Source: Eledone cirrhosa (Eukaryota). Taken from it: a DNA stretch of 64,000 nt. The translations under genes and the position numbers were made by a program. This document shows, one piece after another, positions 12,686-28,560 of the stretch; position 1 is the stretch's first letter; each line of letters begins with the position of its first letter. The stretch spans positions 57,846,001 through 57,910,000 of the forward strand of contig OZ024745.1 of NCBI GenBank assembly GCA_964016885.1. The letters are read 5' to 3'. The notes below the pieces were generated by a model that saw only the letters and a list, made by a program, of their open reading frames with translations, did no database searches and had not been told where the DNA came from.

Positions 12686-14499
12686 TGTGGGGGGGGGGTG
12701 TATTCAACAACATCACTTGGCACTTCGGTTACATTAGAATTAACTGTATTTCATGTATTCGGACGGGCCAGGTCACATCTCAGAATCGAAATATTTTGGA
12801 GACTAAAATGGTTCTATCTACTTAGACACACGAATATGTATTTCTGTTCAGAAACGTAAATTTTCTAAAATAGAGGCTAGATTGTATCTGAGTGTCAATA
12901 AAAAAAAAAGTCTTATTGAAAAATCGATGTTGGATATATTCCCATTTAATATGACTCGCTGAGCTATTTGAAACTCGCCTCTCGTAATTATTTGATAATA
13001 TACAAACTGTGCTTGATTAAATTGGGATTCACCATTTTGAAGAGAATAAACATCATTTCACTAAATTAAATAAATCGCAAGGGAAATATATCAGTGCGAG
13101 TTCATATCATTTTGATGTCAAAAATTTAATTTTCCATTTTCATACAAGTGCATACATAGATAGATGCATTGCACAACATACAAATTGAAATTCGTCTGGA
13201 GGGAGGTATTTCTGCTCGTATCATATATAAATGACGAATGAAACAACATCAATAGCAACAGAATTAGAATTCGTAATTAAAATAACCGTAACTAGATACT
13301 GCAATATACTTTGTTAGTCGCTCTAGGGATTAATCGAATCAATTATCTGTCTCTGAAATATAATATTGATTTCTGACATAAGCCTCCGGTTTGTGGGATT
13401 AATGATTTCAATTATATTGACCCTAGTGCTTGAAAGATGCGTACTCAAAGTTGACTCTTTGAAATTAGAGCCCATAAAGCTGTGGTACTATACTGTAGCT
13501 TAATGTATCCAACGTTATAAGGAATTCCCTCTTCAACCACCTTTAACTTCGTGTACTATATTGATATCCAGATTAATACGTCCCAAACATATGTGTTTAG
13601 TCAATAATTAACTTTTCTTTTCATTTATTTTAAGTTTGTGCATATTTCCCTGCCTCCTCCGCGACCTGGAATTTTACGATATCACTATTTATGTGTCTTC
13701 TTAAAACATAATTGATATCTCTTGAGAGGTTTCAGTCATTATAAGGAGAGCGAATATAATACATTCAGTTAATATCGCTTAATATTTTGATATGTTAGCG
13801 TTGTGTGCATTCCACTGAAATTAATGTTACATATTGAAATATTGCACAATGGAAAGCATAAAAATAGCAATCTATTTCTTTACAACAACATTCGAAATTG
13901 TAAATGAGAAACGAGTCTGTAGAAATTAATAGATTGGTAAACTACATATGACTACATATTTGGCAAGTAATTTGGTGACAAATATTGACGTTTACAAATA
14001 TTAATGCAAGACAGAGAAACATCCATAATAAGCTGATATTAAATGTTGTACCTTTGATCTTGTCAGCAACACAATTAGCTGAGAGAGATGACTGCTACTA
14101 TCAATTAAATACACGTTTCCTTAGAAAGAACTGACATCTGAAATAAATTTGAACATTAATACAATAAAAACAGAGTAAATTGTACAATATTCCTTATCTC
14201 TTTTTTTCTATCTTTATGTTTGCATTAATTTCCTCTACAAGATATCCTTAAATTATTGGTTAAACCAAATTCTGTTTGATTGGTTGTAAATTTGATTTCT
14301 GACACTAATGTATTTTTTAGAAAAACAGTAAAAGAGAAAAATAATCATTACTTAATTTCATCCTATCACTATGACGAAAATTATATTACAAGCACGAAGA
14401 CAATTGCACATTGTATATGTTTGAAGAATATATTTATGGCTGGAATGTTTGCTTCATATTATCAGCCGGTTAATATTATCGAAATGGCTTTTCTCAAAT

Positions 14500-15700
14500 G
14501 ATTTCAGTAATTGTGTAACGGGAGTTTATCTCTGACGTAATGTGACATAGTAAGAAAAATGTAATTTTGATAATCCCAACATTTTCTTTTCATAAACAAT
14601 CCAGAATGTAGCGCGTCATTTTCTACCCCACCTCCCACTTCAAAGGGAACATAAAGAAGATGATGAGGGTTTGACCGGTGACCATTCCTGTCCTCAATCC
14701 GTTTCCGTAGGTCAAACATAATTTTTATACCATAGCTACCTGGCAAATGAAGACTTGCTCTGTCTGCCTTCTAAAAGACAGATCTGTCCTACACCTGATA
14801 GCTGTTGTTTGACACAAGCACACAAGTTCGCAATACAGAAGATGATAAGATGCATAACAAATTAGTGACACTGCGAGCAGGTCCAGCTGTTGGAACTTCA
14901 GTGCCTTTAGAGCTTGTCTTGGCGGTGCTCTATTCTAGGCATGATATGCCAACGAATTTGGGAAAGTGTCCATAATCCACAACGGAAGGTTCTCAAGAAG
15001 AACCATTTCAGTATATGTTTGTCAAATCTCAGACACCCTCGCCAGACATCATGGCTCATACATTCCATATGGTTTTCTAGCAGAATATCGCAATGTTAAG
15101 CTTGCAACGTGTCGTAAGTGATAGACAGCAAAATAGATGCCAGGCTCCTAATGTTATTTTTCCCTTGATTTAGGATTTGTAGCCCGGTCAAAGAAACGAC
15201 CTGTAAAAAGTGGTTTTGCATGAAAGGCGGCCACACTAGTTAGGCCTCACCGTTGCAAATTATTTGGCCTTAGCGCATATCAACGCATACAAGTAAAGGA
15301 CACTAATGATGGAATGTTGGGAGTAGATGAACTTTCTGAGCAATACGATTAGCAACTCAACTACAACAAGAAGAGCATGAGCATGCGTTCCATTATCACC
15401 ATGTGATTTTTAGTATAACACAGAATCGATGTAACTGTTTTCCAACTCAAACCGATGTTTGAGGTACAACTTACTCTCTGCCCTTACCTTCGTAAGAAAG
15501 CATTCTCTCTGCCTCTACGTCTCAAGTGCCCGATACCACTAGGGTGACGTCTGTGGAATTCACAGGTGTAGCTCCTCTCCTGTCAATTCCAAGCCGTTTT
15601 CTCTCATGAATACTGGCGTTGTTGTTGTTGTTGGGGCGCTAGAGTTGGCAAATGAGTTGCCCTGCGTTTACTTGAATTTGGAGGGCAGACAACACCGATA
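14500..15700 (-). pseudogene. Possible decayed DNA-transposon coding remnant
   Basis: elevated GC and YH..CY-like residues on the minus strand; no intact frame. Confidence 0.2.
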
Positions 15701-18129
15701 ACAACAAAATATCTGCTCTAAACTAAAACATGCAATTCGACTGGAATGAACTGAAATACAAACTTAACTAATAATCAACATATTAAGAAGAACTGAGTAA
15801 AGATTTATAGCTCAGCAAGAACGGTGAGAGCATGTTAATAAATAAGTAATGACATTATAAACACGGTAAAATGTAGGTTACAGAAGAAACTCCCAAAATA
15901 GAGGAGAAAACAAGGGATTTTGGAATAGAACAAATACCACCCTGGATTATCCTAACATACCAAAAACAATGATTCTCCCAGGTTCTTTCCAATGGATAGT
16001 TAATGAGGGTCTATTTATCTACTATGTATTTACCAGTCTTAAGAACTTAATATAAATGTTACCCTTATCATTCTTCTCATGTAATATTTATTAAAGTTGA
16101 AGATTGCCGTGTAACAAGCAACTGGGAAACTAATTGAACGCTGATTGTTTCAGTCTTAACACTGATTGCCCGTTCATTCAGTACCAAGAACGTGTAAATC
16201 GTATGAGCCGAAGCCAGTTAAATATAGTTAATCATCGCAGGTTGTATATATCGCAACACTCTGTGGATGACTAGTGAACCGTTTATTTACTTTTATGTGA
16301 TGAATTCTTTTTCTCCAATAAACTTCGTTTCCTAATTATTATTAACAATATTTGGAACAAAATATTATTGGCACGTTCACCTATATGCAGGTGTCTTCGA
16401 CAAAATTCAGGAGAGAAATTTAGCTATACATTGCAAGCATTCGTCATATGTAAGGTGTTCTCCCATTGATACATTTGTGCAAATATTGCTTCTGTTTAAA
16501 CAAACAAGAAATGAGTTGTGGAAAGGTATTTCACTGTGCCATGGATATTGAGTAATTTAATTTACATTATACTTATTATGATCTATTCTAATAAGCTATT
16601 TAATCGCTCAATGGATATATGAACCGGGGCAAACTGACATTGTATCACTGAACGCACAGCCTACTGTGTAGCATAGACTTGATAACCCATGAACTAATAT
16701 CAATTTGTAGCATGCACGTATAAATTGATGTATATATCAATCCTACAATGACGCTATAGGTTCACTAGCATCTAAAGATATTACTATCCTTAATGATGCA
16801 CTCCATTCTTGCGATTTCGCAACGTTCTTCACTCAGTTGTAATTAAATAGACAGAAAATGTTTAACAAAAGTAGGAAAGAACCCAAAAGACTAATAATTG
16901 ATTCTTTTATCACGGTGGTATTATTCTATATTGAAATAACAAAGAATAGATCTAATGACATGATACCCGAGGCGTTGGCTGTTTCTTTTATATTCTCACA
17001 GATACAAAATCGACGACAAAGAAACGGCTTTCTGAAAATAAATAAAAGCTATAAGTTTGTTACGGGCTTAGAAAATACAAAACTATTTCGACTTTCAATA
17101 TATCGGTAAACGAAATGACAAAGCTACAGTCAACGTTTAACAAAAGGTTTATCATTTTTCTATTCAAGATTGTCAGACATATATAATAAATGACAAAAGA
17201 ATATGTGCAATTGTAAATAAAGATAATGATTGTATTGTAACTGTAACAAAAGAAACCTTTAAGTAATTATAATTATTTTAAAGAAAAAATGATTTAGGAT
17301 TAATTGTTACTTATACATACACATTTAATTCACTGCAGTAGATATAATTCTGTTTTTAATGTCTGGCGTCTAATAGCGATGCAGAGAAAGGTATAAGCAC
17401 ATATTAAGATGCTACATATTGTTTTACTAATTTGCGGAAAGAAATTGTCTTTACCCGATCTTTGTCTAGTGATCAGTTATTGGGACAATGGGCTTTATCT
17501 GTAATAACCGTTCCACCTATGAGAATATTCTACATACATCTCAGGAAGCTCAGACACTTGTGGTAGATTATTTCTGGTTTGTTATTCAGGAAACTATTTT
17601 CTTCTGATTTCATTTAAAACAGACATTTGATGCAATGTCTTTCAATTCCCAGCATTTTGCCAAGCAAGCGGGCTCTATTTGTTCATATATCGGGAAAATT
17701 CTCCCGCACAGAAAACTGGATTCGGATGCCTGCGAAACATCGAACCTCGCATCATTCGTATGCTGAGTGAGCGCATTACATCACTTAGGATTGGTGGAAG
17801 CGTTTCAGCGTTCCTGAATTGCGGAGGAGTGACACAAATTTGGTCAATTTAGTTGTAGTGATTAGTTTAGCTCTTTGCATTATAAAATGGATAGTAAACT
17901 TCGACATGCGATAAATATAACATGTACATAAATTGTAGAGCATATTCAAATAGATGTGTGTTTTGGTAGTTTGGGGAGAAAAATATAATTATTAGGTGGA
18001 GGCGGGACATGGCGCCCTGGCCCCCAGTACAACCGCCCCTATATACATATAAATATAATATTAAAATAGTGATGCTCTGCATCCTTTCCTAAGGGATTAA
18101 TATAGAGATTCTTTGGATTTGAATAAAAC

Positions 18130-18445
18130 TAGATAGAATAATTGGTAGGTTGGTAAGAATCCGTATAGATAGATATAACAGATAGACATAACAGATATAC
18201 ATAAACAGATAGACATAACAGATAGACATAAACAGATAGATTGACAGGTAGATTGACAGATAGAGATATAGACAACCAATCATGCAGACAGTTAGAAAAA
18301 CAGACGGACAAAAATACCAATACAGACCCAGAGACAGCCAGAAAATATATATATAGAGAGAGATAGACAGTTAGACAATCAAACATATAGGTAGATAAAC
18401 AGCTAAATAGATGAATATAGATAGATAACTTGATATAGATATTTA
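18130..18445. repeat. Degenerate (ATAG)/(ACAG) tetranucleotide repeat
   Basis: direct reading. Confidence 0.8.
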
Positions 18446-19382
18446 CACATGCACGCATATACATGCACGAGCACTCACGCACTCACACACGCATATAGGT
18501 AGATATTCATAGATATCTGTTTTCATATAAATGACCAAAGCGGGGACTTGATTGTCAATAATGTGAGTGGCAGAAGAATGTTGGGAGAAGATAGTATAAC
18601 ACTTACTCAAATTACTACTTTTACCAAACAATCTCGTTATGTAATCTTGGGTTTATCATCTATGTGTACATATGATTAAATTAATTATGTTCTATTATTA
18701 TTTCCATTCTACTAAAGCCATATGAAAAGCACTAGGCTGATAGAACTGGTCTAGAAACAAATATTGAAGTCTAGAATTCTGATTCAAGAAACTAGCTAAG
18801 CCTAGTGGAGTTTGCCTAAAAAATATCATGATGAACACACATTCCTGTGGAATACTTATCTTATGAAACTATAATACAAAGAGTAAGAGCTCTGTTGATC
18901 GAACAACATTTATTGCCTGCAACAGATATGAAATCCAAATGTTATTAAAACGCAAAGTATCCAGCAGTTTAGTTTGCTGTTATTAATACATTCAATATCT
19001 GCTGAAAATGCAATATTCATAATTCATCTTACCTCATTCAATATCATGCCACAATGATTTCAACAGTTAATTATATTCAATAATAATACAGACCAAAACC
19101 AGTAACCAAAGGTTAAACGTATTCTGTTTGCAAAATCAATTTATTATATTAAAAGATTTATCATATATAATCTAAGCTAAAGGAAATTTCAGGATTATAG
19201 ATTGCCATCAAAAATACCAAACATGGCGAGAGGAAATAAGTTTTAACCTATCATGAAACGGGATATATGTCGTTATATTATACCGTGTATGATTTTGTAT
19301 GAATGCAAATAGGTATGCTTTGTTATGTAAGCCTAGTAGGCACAGGGGCACACAGGCAAACAGACACACAGACAAACAGACA

Positions 19383-19490
<108 letters not shown>

Positions 19491-19902
19491 CTCATATATG
19501 GGTGTGTGTGCATTGGTGTACATTAGTGTGTGTGTATGTGCGTAAGTATATATTTGTGTGCGCGCGTGTGTATTTATGTGTGTGTGTGCGTGTCAATGTT
19601 TTTATTAAAAATATAACCAACGCCTGCTTCCCTGAAATAGTTTTGTGGCTGTCAATTTGAAATGACAATAATGAAAGTACCTTTTTAATTATTATTTCAT
19701 TCGGATGTTATATAATGTCATTGTTCTATCAAGAACTGTCCTGGAAATTAGTCATATAACGAGGACAGTCATGCAACATCTTCACATGTTCCACTTGTGC
19801 ACTTTTAGACATGTAGAATTAGTCCTTTATATAATGATTTCATAATATATCCACAATTCAGATGCAATAATGTACAGCGTATAAAGGTACTCTATTAGAT
19901 AT

Positions 19903-19940
19903 ACTAGCAGAAAAACTACCCTTCGGGTGGTTTTCTGCTA
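19903..19940 (-). mobile_element. Candidate Helitron-type 3' terminus (hairpin + CTAG-T)
   Basis: TAGCAGAAAAACTACCC-TTC-GGGTGGTTTTCTGCTA hairpin; the minus strand ends ...CTGCTAG|T. Confidence 0.4.
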
Positions 19941-20267
19941 ACATGTGTAGTGTGCATATTGTTATTATAGGCAAATATATATATATACATATAGATATGA
20001 TACATTAAATGAAATCGTAATTGACAATATGTAATCATTAAAGTAATCCATGATACATTAAACAAATATATATTATATATAAACTGCATTAGGAAAGAAG
20101 ATAGGGACGGAAATATATGAGTGTTTATATAAGCGATCGCTAACCGGAAGTGTTGACATTTGAAAATTTTAAAGGAGTGAATCTTAAAATAAGCAATAAA
20201 ATCATTTATACTTAATCAAAAGTTACGAAATTTAGAACATAAATTATGTAATATTCATTAATTATTT

Positions 20268-20370
20268 ATCCCGCCGAGGTTAACTTTGCCTTTCATCCTT
20301 ACGGGATCGATAAAATAAAGTACCAGTAATGTACTGTGTAATTGCTGGCATTGTGCCAATAGTAGAAACA
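20268..20370 (+). mobile_element. 5'-truncated SINE
   Basis: same core and tail as 10031-10190. Confidence 0.8.
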
Positions 20371-21114
20371 ATTATTTATTCAAAGTAATCCAACTTATTT
20401 TACAAATGTGATAAACAAAATATATTCTGGACGCAGTCCCGCACTCCTTTCTGTATCATAGTTAAGATTCTTCATTGTTTCAGTCAGAGATAATCTACTT
20501 GTTCCAGCACCGTACTACTGACCAGATATGTTGATTGAATTAATTTTCTTTCGCATGTGTAATAATTATACACGCAGTTGTTGCACGTTTGCAGTATCGA
20601 CTAATTCGTAAATACGAAGTACAATGACAGTTTACTATGGTGCATAGGATTCTGACACAAACCACGAATTTAAGGTATCCCCCTTAGAATATAATATTGT
20701 CGTACTTTGTTTACCATCATCGAGTATGGTGTTGCAAAATATTATATGGGCAATCACTGATGTTATTGTAACCGACACACCAAATCCGAATGTTCTTAAT
20801 ACAGGTTATTTTCCGAAATGCTTCAACAATAGAACCTCTTGAAACCTGGATGCTTTATTCTGTAACATAAAAGGCATGTGCTGAATTTGTTGTGGAGTGA
20901 TATAAACTAATTTTGAATAATTATTTTGCAATCATTGCTAAAGTTTAATCAAATGTAATGTTTTTTACGTAAAGAAAATGCTGATGATTAGATATAGCAT
21001 TGTCTAAACATATAATGCAATCAGAAAGTGAACATCCAAAATATATATAATCCTGTTTAGGACAATGGGATTGATGAGTTAATATCTGTATACAACAACT
21101 ACAATAGTACACGA

Positions 21115-21676
21115 TGGGGCCCACCCACAGCCCTGGCGGACAGAATGGAGAAGGCGTTTCCCCGGAGGACGGCAAGGGAGCGCGCTGGAAAAGCCACTCC
21201 AACACGCGGGGCTCACACCTCCGGTTGGCCAGCTCATCGCCTATGGTGGTGAGTAAGGAGGTAGCCCAGGAGCCGAGGACATCACAAGTCTCCACTGCCA
21301 GGAGTACGATCGCAAACCTGTCAGAGAGTGATCGGTATTTGAGAAGTTTGGCCCCCACAGCCCGACGTGCAGCAGAACCTGGGTCAGTCGCAGACTGCAC
21401 CAGGTTGTGGCTGCAGAAAGTGTCGGTGCAAGTGGCATCCCCGGCGAGGGGTTTGCCACCATGGAACGGGAAGATGGTCATGCCATCTGGTTTTGCCGTC
21501 CCCTCGATCCAGCCCCACAGGCTCGAGCTGGGAAGGGAAGCCTACAGCGTCCAAGCCATGCTTAATGACCTCGTTGAGGGCAGCATGGCGTGGAATGCGG
21601 CCGACACTGTGGAGACAGGAAAGCGGGTGGAGGCCGAAAGAGTCTACGGTGGAACCACAGCGACATTGGTGTGTGT
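21115..21676 (-). pseudogene. CRE-clade non-LTR retrotransposon 3' region (Zn knuckle + restriction-like endonuclease)
   Basis: CRCGSTVDSFGLHPLSC..GRIPRHAALNEVI...LEPVGLDRGDGK / PDGMTIFPF..GKPL..DATC.DT...KY..L...AVET...LFQR; frameshifted. Confidence 0.85.
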
Positions 21677-23785
21677 GATAAATGTAAAAATATATATTAC
21701 AAATGTGTTCTGTGTTCCTTTCCTTGCAAATTCTCCCAAAATGAATTGCCCAAATTTGGTTTCCATTTCTATTTGAAGCTATTATTGATAATACTATTTA
21801 GATTCACATTATCTCTTTTCTATATTCAAAGTCAGATACTAGAAGTATGTTATTTTCTGCAGAATTATCAAATAAATTTCGATTCTATTGTAAATCATCT
21901 TGCTTTTAATACGCACGGAGTAAAGTGTATGCTATTATTTCGCCTAGCCAATTCTAAAGTAAACCATTATATTTTAAGGCTGAAGTTCGTTGCTCTTTAG
22001 AATTCGTATAATGTATGGAGATAACAATGTACCATATTGTAATTCGTTTTATAATTTAACAATTTCATAATGGTTCAACTTCTTTGTTATGTTTTCAAGG
22101 TTTTTCATGTATCCTTCTATGTGCTGGCTGAATATCCGATAACACATACAGAATTCCATAACTGTACTATCATTTAAACGGTAAAATTATTTAAAACGGA
22201 GAATTAATAATACCAGAATAATAATTTTGTTGTGAAACCTACTCAAAATTATATTTACATAAAACGATTATCATAAAACTACATCCCCAAATGTAGAAAT
22301 GTTGGTTGAGAAAGCAATTGATTTATATCCAAGCATAGAATGAATGAAATGGATTTTAGATTTACTCAACAAAATGTTTGTTAATAATAGACTACAACTA
22401 TAATATATTCAATATATTTTAGCCAACTATAAAACATAAATGTTCCATTCCTGTACAAGAAATAGCATTTCATCTCCTTCAAATCAACCACAATCCTTTT
22501 CCATAATATTTTTTCACAGTATACGATTGGGATTGTTGGATAATCTTTCTTTATAAATATTGCTAACATAAGGAAAACAATCACATGAACGACAATCATT
22601 AAAAGGCATCTTCAAACACTATGCATTGAAAAATATATCATATTCTCTAAACTTCTTAAGTCAGAGACAAATGAGCGTAGTGTTTGGTACAATATTACAA
22701 AATAGTGAAAAAAATACAAAATAAAACAAGTATTAATGAATTATTAATTTAGTAGACACAAGCAGGAACTTAATTTACTATTCTATAAATTGTTTCCCTA
22801 TTGGTTTTCGGTAAAATCAATCGAAATCAGAGACAAACTTGTGAAAAAGTTTGTTCTTAAATACGATATTCATAGTTTTAAATAATCAATATTAGTTTAA
22901 TCGTAACATAGGATTTATAACAGATGTTCAAATACGGTTCTCTTTCTAAATATATCTTGGCGTGGAACCTATGATATATTTGTATCTCATATGATCATTG
23001 GAAAGGGAGATTAACCTGTTTACCCTCATAGAATATACATGGGATTGAAGGATGTTAAACGTGTTAAAATTCTGAGCACATTTTGACATGCGTTTGGGCT
23101 ATTTAATTAATAACAAACACTTTCCTGTGTACATTTGTTAAAATATCATAAACTATGCTTCATGAAATTTAGATTAATATGAATAATACATAGACATTCC
23201 TTATATCCACACAATAATATTCTTCTGTTGCAAGGTGCCATAGACCATCAATATTTCTCCGTTTGTAACTGATATTTTTGTGTCAGCGTGTATAGTGAAG
23301 ATAGTATATACTGGAGGATCTGATTTACTCTTATCCGACATAAGAGCGTTTAGTGATAATTCAATCATTTATGTTCATTGCTCTACACGAGTAGAGGTTT
23401 TATATTCATCTGAATGCATGCGATTATTTTCAAGTGCATTTGTCCTAAAATATATAATCTCTTTGTATGAGGAACCAGAATGGATTAGACATGACAGAAA
23501 TAATATAGATTTAAACTGGATGAAGTATAGAATTCGGTACATCATTCTTTGTTCTTATTTGATTAACGAGAAGGTATTTAGTTTCGACTTTTATTTACCA
23601 ACGTTAAACGCTGATCATTTTAGTTTGTTTCGTGTTTAATCCATCTTATGTTTATAAGGTGTCCTAGCTCGTTACAATAGAGGTGTTTTAGCTCAATACA
23701 ATAGATTTTAAATCTTCATTCAAAGAGGGATTTAATCCTACCCAAATCAATAATATTATATAAGGCTTCTTTATTCTTCCCTTTG

Positions 23786-25157
23786 ATAATATATATATAT
23801 TATATATATATATATATATAATATATATATATAATATATATATATATATATAATATATATATATATATAATATATATATATATAATATATATATATATAA
23901 TATATATATATTATATATGTATATTATATATATATATAATATATATATATTATATATATATATAATATATATATATATAATATATATATATTATATATAT
24001 ATTATATATATATATATAATATATATATATTATATATATATATATTATATATATATTATATATATATATATATTATATATATATTATATATATATATATA
24101 TTATATATATATATTATATATATATAATATATATATATTATCTATATATAATATATATTATATAATATATATATATTATATATATATATAATATATATAT
24201 ATTATATATATATATTATATATATATATAATATATATATATTATATATATATATTATATAGATATATAATATATATATATAATATATATATATTATATAT
24301 ATATATATAATATATATATATTATATATAGATATATAATATATATATATTATATATATATATAATATATATATATTATATATAAATATAATATATATATA
24401 TTATATATATATATAATATATATATATTATGTATATATATAATATATATATATTATATATATATATATAATATATATATATTATATATAGATATATAATA
24501 TATATATATTATATATATATATAATATATATATATTATATATAAATATAATATATATATATTATATATATATATAATATATATATATAATATATATATAT
24601 AATATATATATATAATATATATATATTATATATATATATTATATATATATAATATATATATATTATATATATATATAATATATATATTATATATATATAT
24701 ATAATATATATATATTATATATATATATAATATATATATATTATATATATAATATATATATATTATATATATATATAATATATATATATAATATATATAT
24801 ATTATATATATATAATATATATATATTATATATATATATTATATATATATATAATATATATATATTATATTTATATATAATATATATATATTATATATAT
24901 ATATTATATATATATATAATATATATATATTATATATATTATATATATATATAATATATATATATAATATATATATATTATATATATATATAATATATAT
25001 ATATTATATATATATATAATATATATATTATATATATATATATAATATATATATATTATATATATATATATAATATATATATATTATATATATATATATA
25101 ATATATATATATTAGATATATATATATAATATATATATATTATATATATATAATATT
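23786..25157. repeat. 1.37 kb interrupted (TA)n tract with AA/TT phase shifts
   Basis: almost exclusively A/T with only a few G; internal ~160 bp higher-order repeat marked by TATAGATATA at ~24325 and ~24485. Confidence 0.95.
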
Positions 25158-27099
25158 TGCGGAATATATTTCTTACTAACAGAAACGCAATATTTCATTT
25201 ACGGATCCCCATGAACACAATACAGTTACTAAATCTTTGATTAAAATAGGAAAATATTCGCAAACTTACATTTTAAAATGTTAATTAAACCGATCTCAAT
25301 GCGTCATATATATTTTGCAGTAATATCCTATAAAAGGAAGGGGACAAAATCAATATACCAAAAAACTTCGACCCTTTTGTGCCTAAGCTTTTCTCCTCTG
25401 CATCTCATCCTTCTAATTCATTTCAGCTCTTGGCTGTGTTTCATATATGTATCGTTTGAATATAATGCATCTTTGTAGACTAACCTATACGAGGGTGTGT
25501 CTTCTGATGATTGAAAAATTGATTCGAAAATATATATCCCTAATACACATATTCATATATATACAAAGTAAAGCATATAAATTATAGTTAAACTTTATTA
25601 ATACACACACATTCACACTCACACACACATGCACACACACGCATACACACACGCATACCCCCCTCCCCCATATATATATATATATAATTGTTGGATGTAA
25701 TTATTTATAGCTACTCAAGTAATATTAATGAGGGTTATTTGTTTATCCCTGCCAATGTCCCTTATTTATATATATATATATATATATGTGCGTATGCATG
25801 CACATCTATATGTGCATTCTTTTGTTTCTATTACTTTGTATCGCAATACATTTGTAAATTATTACTAGGTTATGGTGTTACTATTCCACTTCAAATGTTT
25901 ATCGAAGGCGAGCTTAATAACTCAATGAGTAGATTCTGCTTCCTGTCACAATTCATCTGCCGAATGATCATACGCTCCCTAACTTTAATCTCATCAGATG
26001 AATTATTACAGGAACGAGGAAGTACTCAGTAGATTGGTGACTATATTCTCTTTTTGTCCTGATAGGTTCCGTAATAGAGAAATATAGAAAGGATCAGTGG
26101 AGTGGCATGGAATTTTTAAACTGACATATGACAAATACTAACTAGTCAGATACGACTTTAGTAGTTTCTGTCCTACCCGGACATAAAGAATCTGACAAAC
26201 AACCCACATATAGAGTTGCATAGAAATTACAAAAGAAATTAGGAGGAAAAATATGAAATAAATCAACTTTTTTATTGGAGATTGCATTCAAACAATATTT
26301 GGAAAATTATATAAATTGGTATTTATCTTTATCAATTATTCCGATTTTTTCAGGTGCGATTAAATAGAATATACTTAAACATAGTTAACCATACAAGAAT
26401 GCAAAATAATTCCTCTATAGAATTAAAATATGCCTTCTTTTCGTTGAATAGGCTCCTTGGTTTTATTTGGAAAATATAACCGAGCGCAAGAATAGTGCAC
26501 TACTTTACTATCACAAGAAATGTTCGTACGAAAGATATTTCTATTGCCTTTTATAAAATGTATATATTTCTCTCGTGGGATTTAGACAGACTAAATGGAC
26601 AGCAGTTAGGTTCAAATATAATGCGTTCCATCCGTTGTCTTCATTCGTTTCATTTACTTTATATCGACTCACTATAACATGGATGTGTTGTACATAAATA
26701 ACTCTCTCAGTTAAATTGTAATATGAGCAAATTCCCTGGCAAAAAAGAAATATAATCATTTCTGCGTTGTGCGATATATTAAAGGCTACGTTAATCAATC
26801 CTAAATAACTTTCCTATGTTTCTGATAAATTACACAAGGGAGCAAGACAAAGGTCTTTCCTTTGTAGCTGATATTTTATAACTTATTCTGGATATTTTCT
26901 TGATAGCCTTGTTGTTTAGATATTGCACGAATCATTGCCTACTTTATACTATTCTAGAATGTATTAGGAGTTGCTCATAAATCTAAATGTATTTGATAAG
27001 GAAAAGTAAATTGCAGCTAGGTTTTTACTGTTTTGCATGAGTAGTTTACATGTACTAGTGGGAATTATTTCTTGCTAGAATTGTGGATGTGACTTCATC

Positions 27100-28560
27100 A
27101 CGAAGAAAATGTTTAACTCATTTAGAGGGTCCTTTATTATTCGCAGAGTGTACAGGTTCTTTGATGAGATATATTTCACTCGTTTTGTGAAACAAGTTTA
27201 ATTTGCGTATTTCACAGAACAGCTCCGGGGCAAAGATGAGGCAAAGACTCTTCACGTTGTGTATAAAACGTAGAGGGAGCTTCTGCGGTAATTTCCCATT
27301 ACAATGTGCGGATACCAGATAATTTGTTAAACTAAAAGTATGGTGAGAACAAGGAAACTAATGTGATGACCGTTCCTGGATGTAACAAGACTAAACTTGG
27401 CTATCTATAGCATATTCAGATGAGTTACCAACTCCCAGTCATCCTTTACGTGAATTATGAATCAGCTATCAACAAAGAATATATGTCGGCAAAATGACAG
27501 TCATTTCGAAGGACTGTCTGCAGTTGAACTTTATTTAAGTAAACATGAAATAATGGACGCATTGTTTGTCACCAGGCTGGTGGTGAGAAATTACTATTAC
27601 CAGGAACCAAATTAAAATTCTATCGAGATACAGGAAACGAATCAATGCATATCGTCTCTAAAGAGAACGATTATTTTCTCTGCAAATATGTGCGAGACAT
27701 GCTGAGGAGGTTCTTTTTAATATATGCACTCCGAGGGAATGGTGGTTATCCAGAGTTAGATCCAAATGGAGCATAAAGTATTTTTTCTACACAATGATAA
27801 TTGATACAGATCAATCACAATCGGTCTCTTGATCGGTAGAATTGAAGAGCATCAAAATGCTTCCCTATCCTAGAAAAGATATCATAACCAGGCCACCAAT
27901 GAGTGTTCCATATAGATCTGAAATGGGGAATTCTCTCCTTGGCCAGCAGAGTGTTTTCACCAAGTATCTGTGCTTCATTTGTTTCTTAGATAGATATGAA
28001 AACTGGTTGAAAAAGCCACTTAGAGAATCATATTGGTAAGAATAGAAACGTATCAGCAAAGAAAATATGAATGACAGAGAAAGGTTCGTATTGCCACCAA
28101 CGTATATCAAACTAGGTTTGATAAAACAATTTATTAAAGTGTCATAGGTAGAATTCTCAAGACTTGTTTGGATTTTAATTGAAATAGGTAATGCAAATAT
28201 ATTACACAACGGCGTTTCTCTGTGTGGGACTAAATGATTACATGAAGCAAAGTTAGAATGTGTATATGAAACCCAACAACATAGAATCGCATGTGACACG
28301 TGCCATATTATATATTTTTTTCTTATTGGAGAAATGACAAAAATATGTTATATTATGTATGAAACCTTAAGAATTATGATATGGAATATTATAATTTGTA
28401 GATTTATACTGTTTTCCACATTGGAAGGAATAGAATATTGATTTTTCTGTTCACTTTAGATAAAGGTTATGGGAAAGTTGTATGCTTCATGCGTAATGCC
28501 CTTTCAGCAATATATATCGATAGATGAAGATTTATGATTCAAAAATCAATAATCTAGTAA
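27100..28560 (+). pseudogene. Highly decayed piggyBac-like transposase fragments
   Basis: FFDEIYFT (FDNxFTS-like), KDIITRPPMSVPYRSEMG...RYENWLKK (P..V..YN..MGGVD...WxKK-like) and PFQQYISIDEDL (ISIDE motif); motif order appears rearranged. Confidence 0.4.

Noticed and set aside
21114-21776. 220 aa plus-strand ORF
   Set aside because: Antisense shadow of the GC-rich CRE RLE coding region
25500-25540. CTGATGA...GAAAATATATAT
   Set aside because: No pairing for stem I or stem II; likely chance
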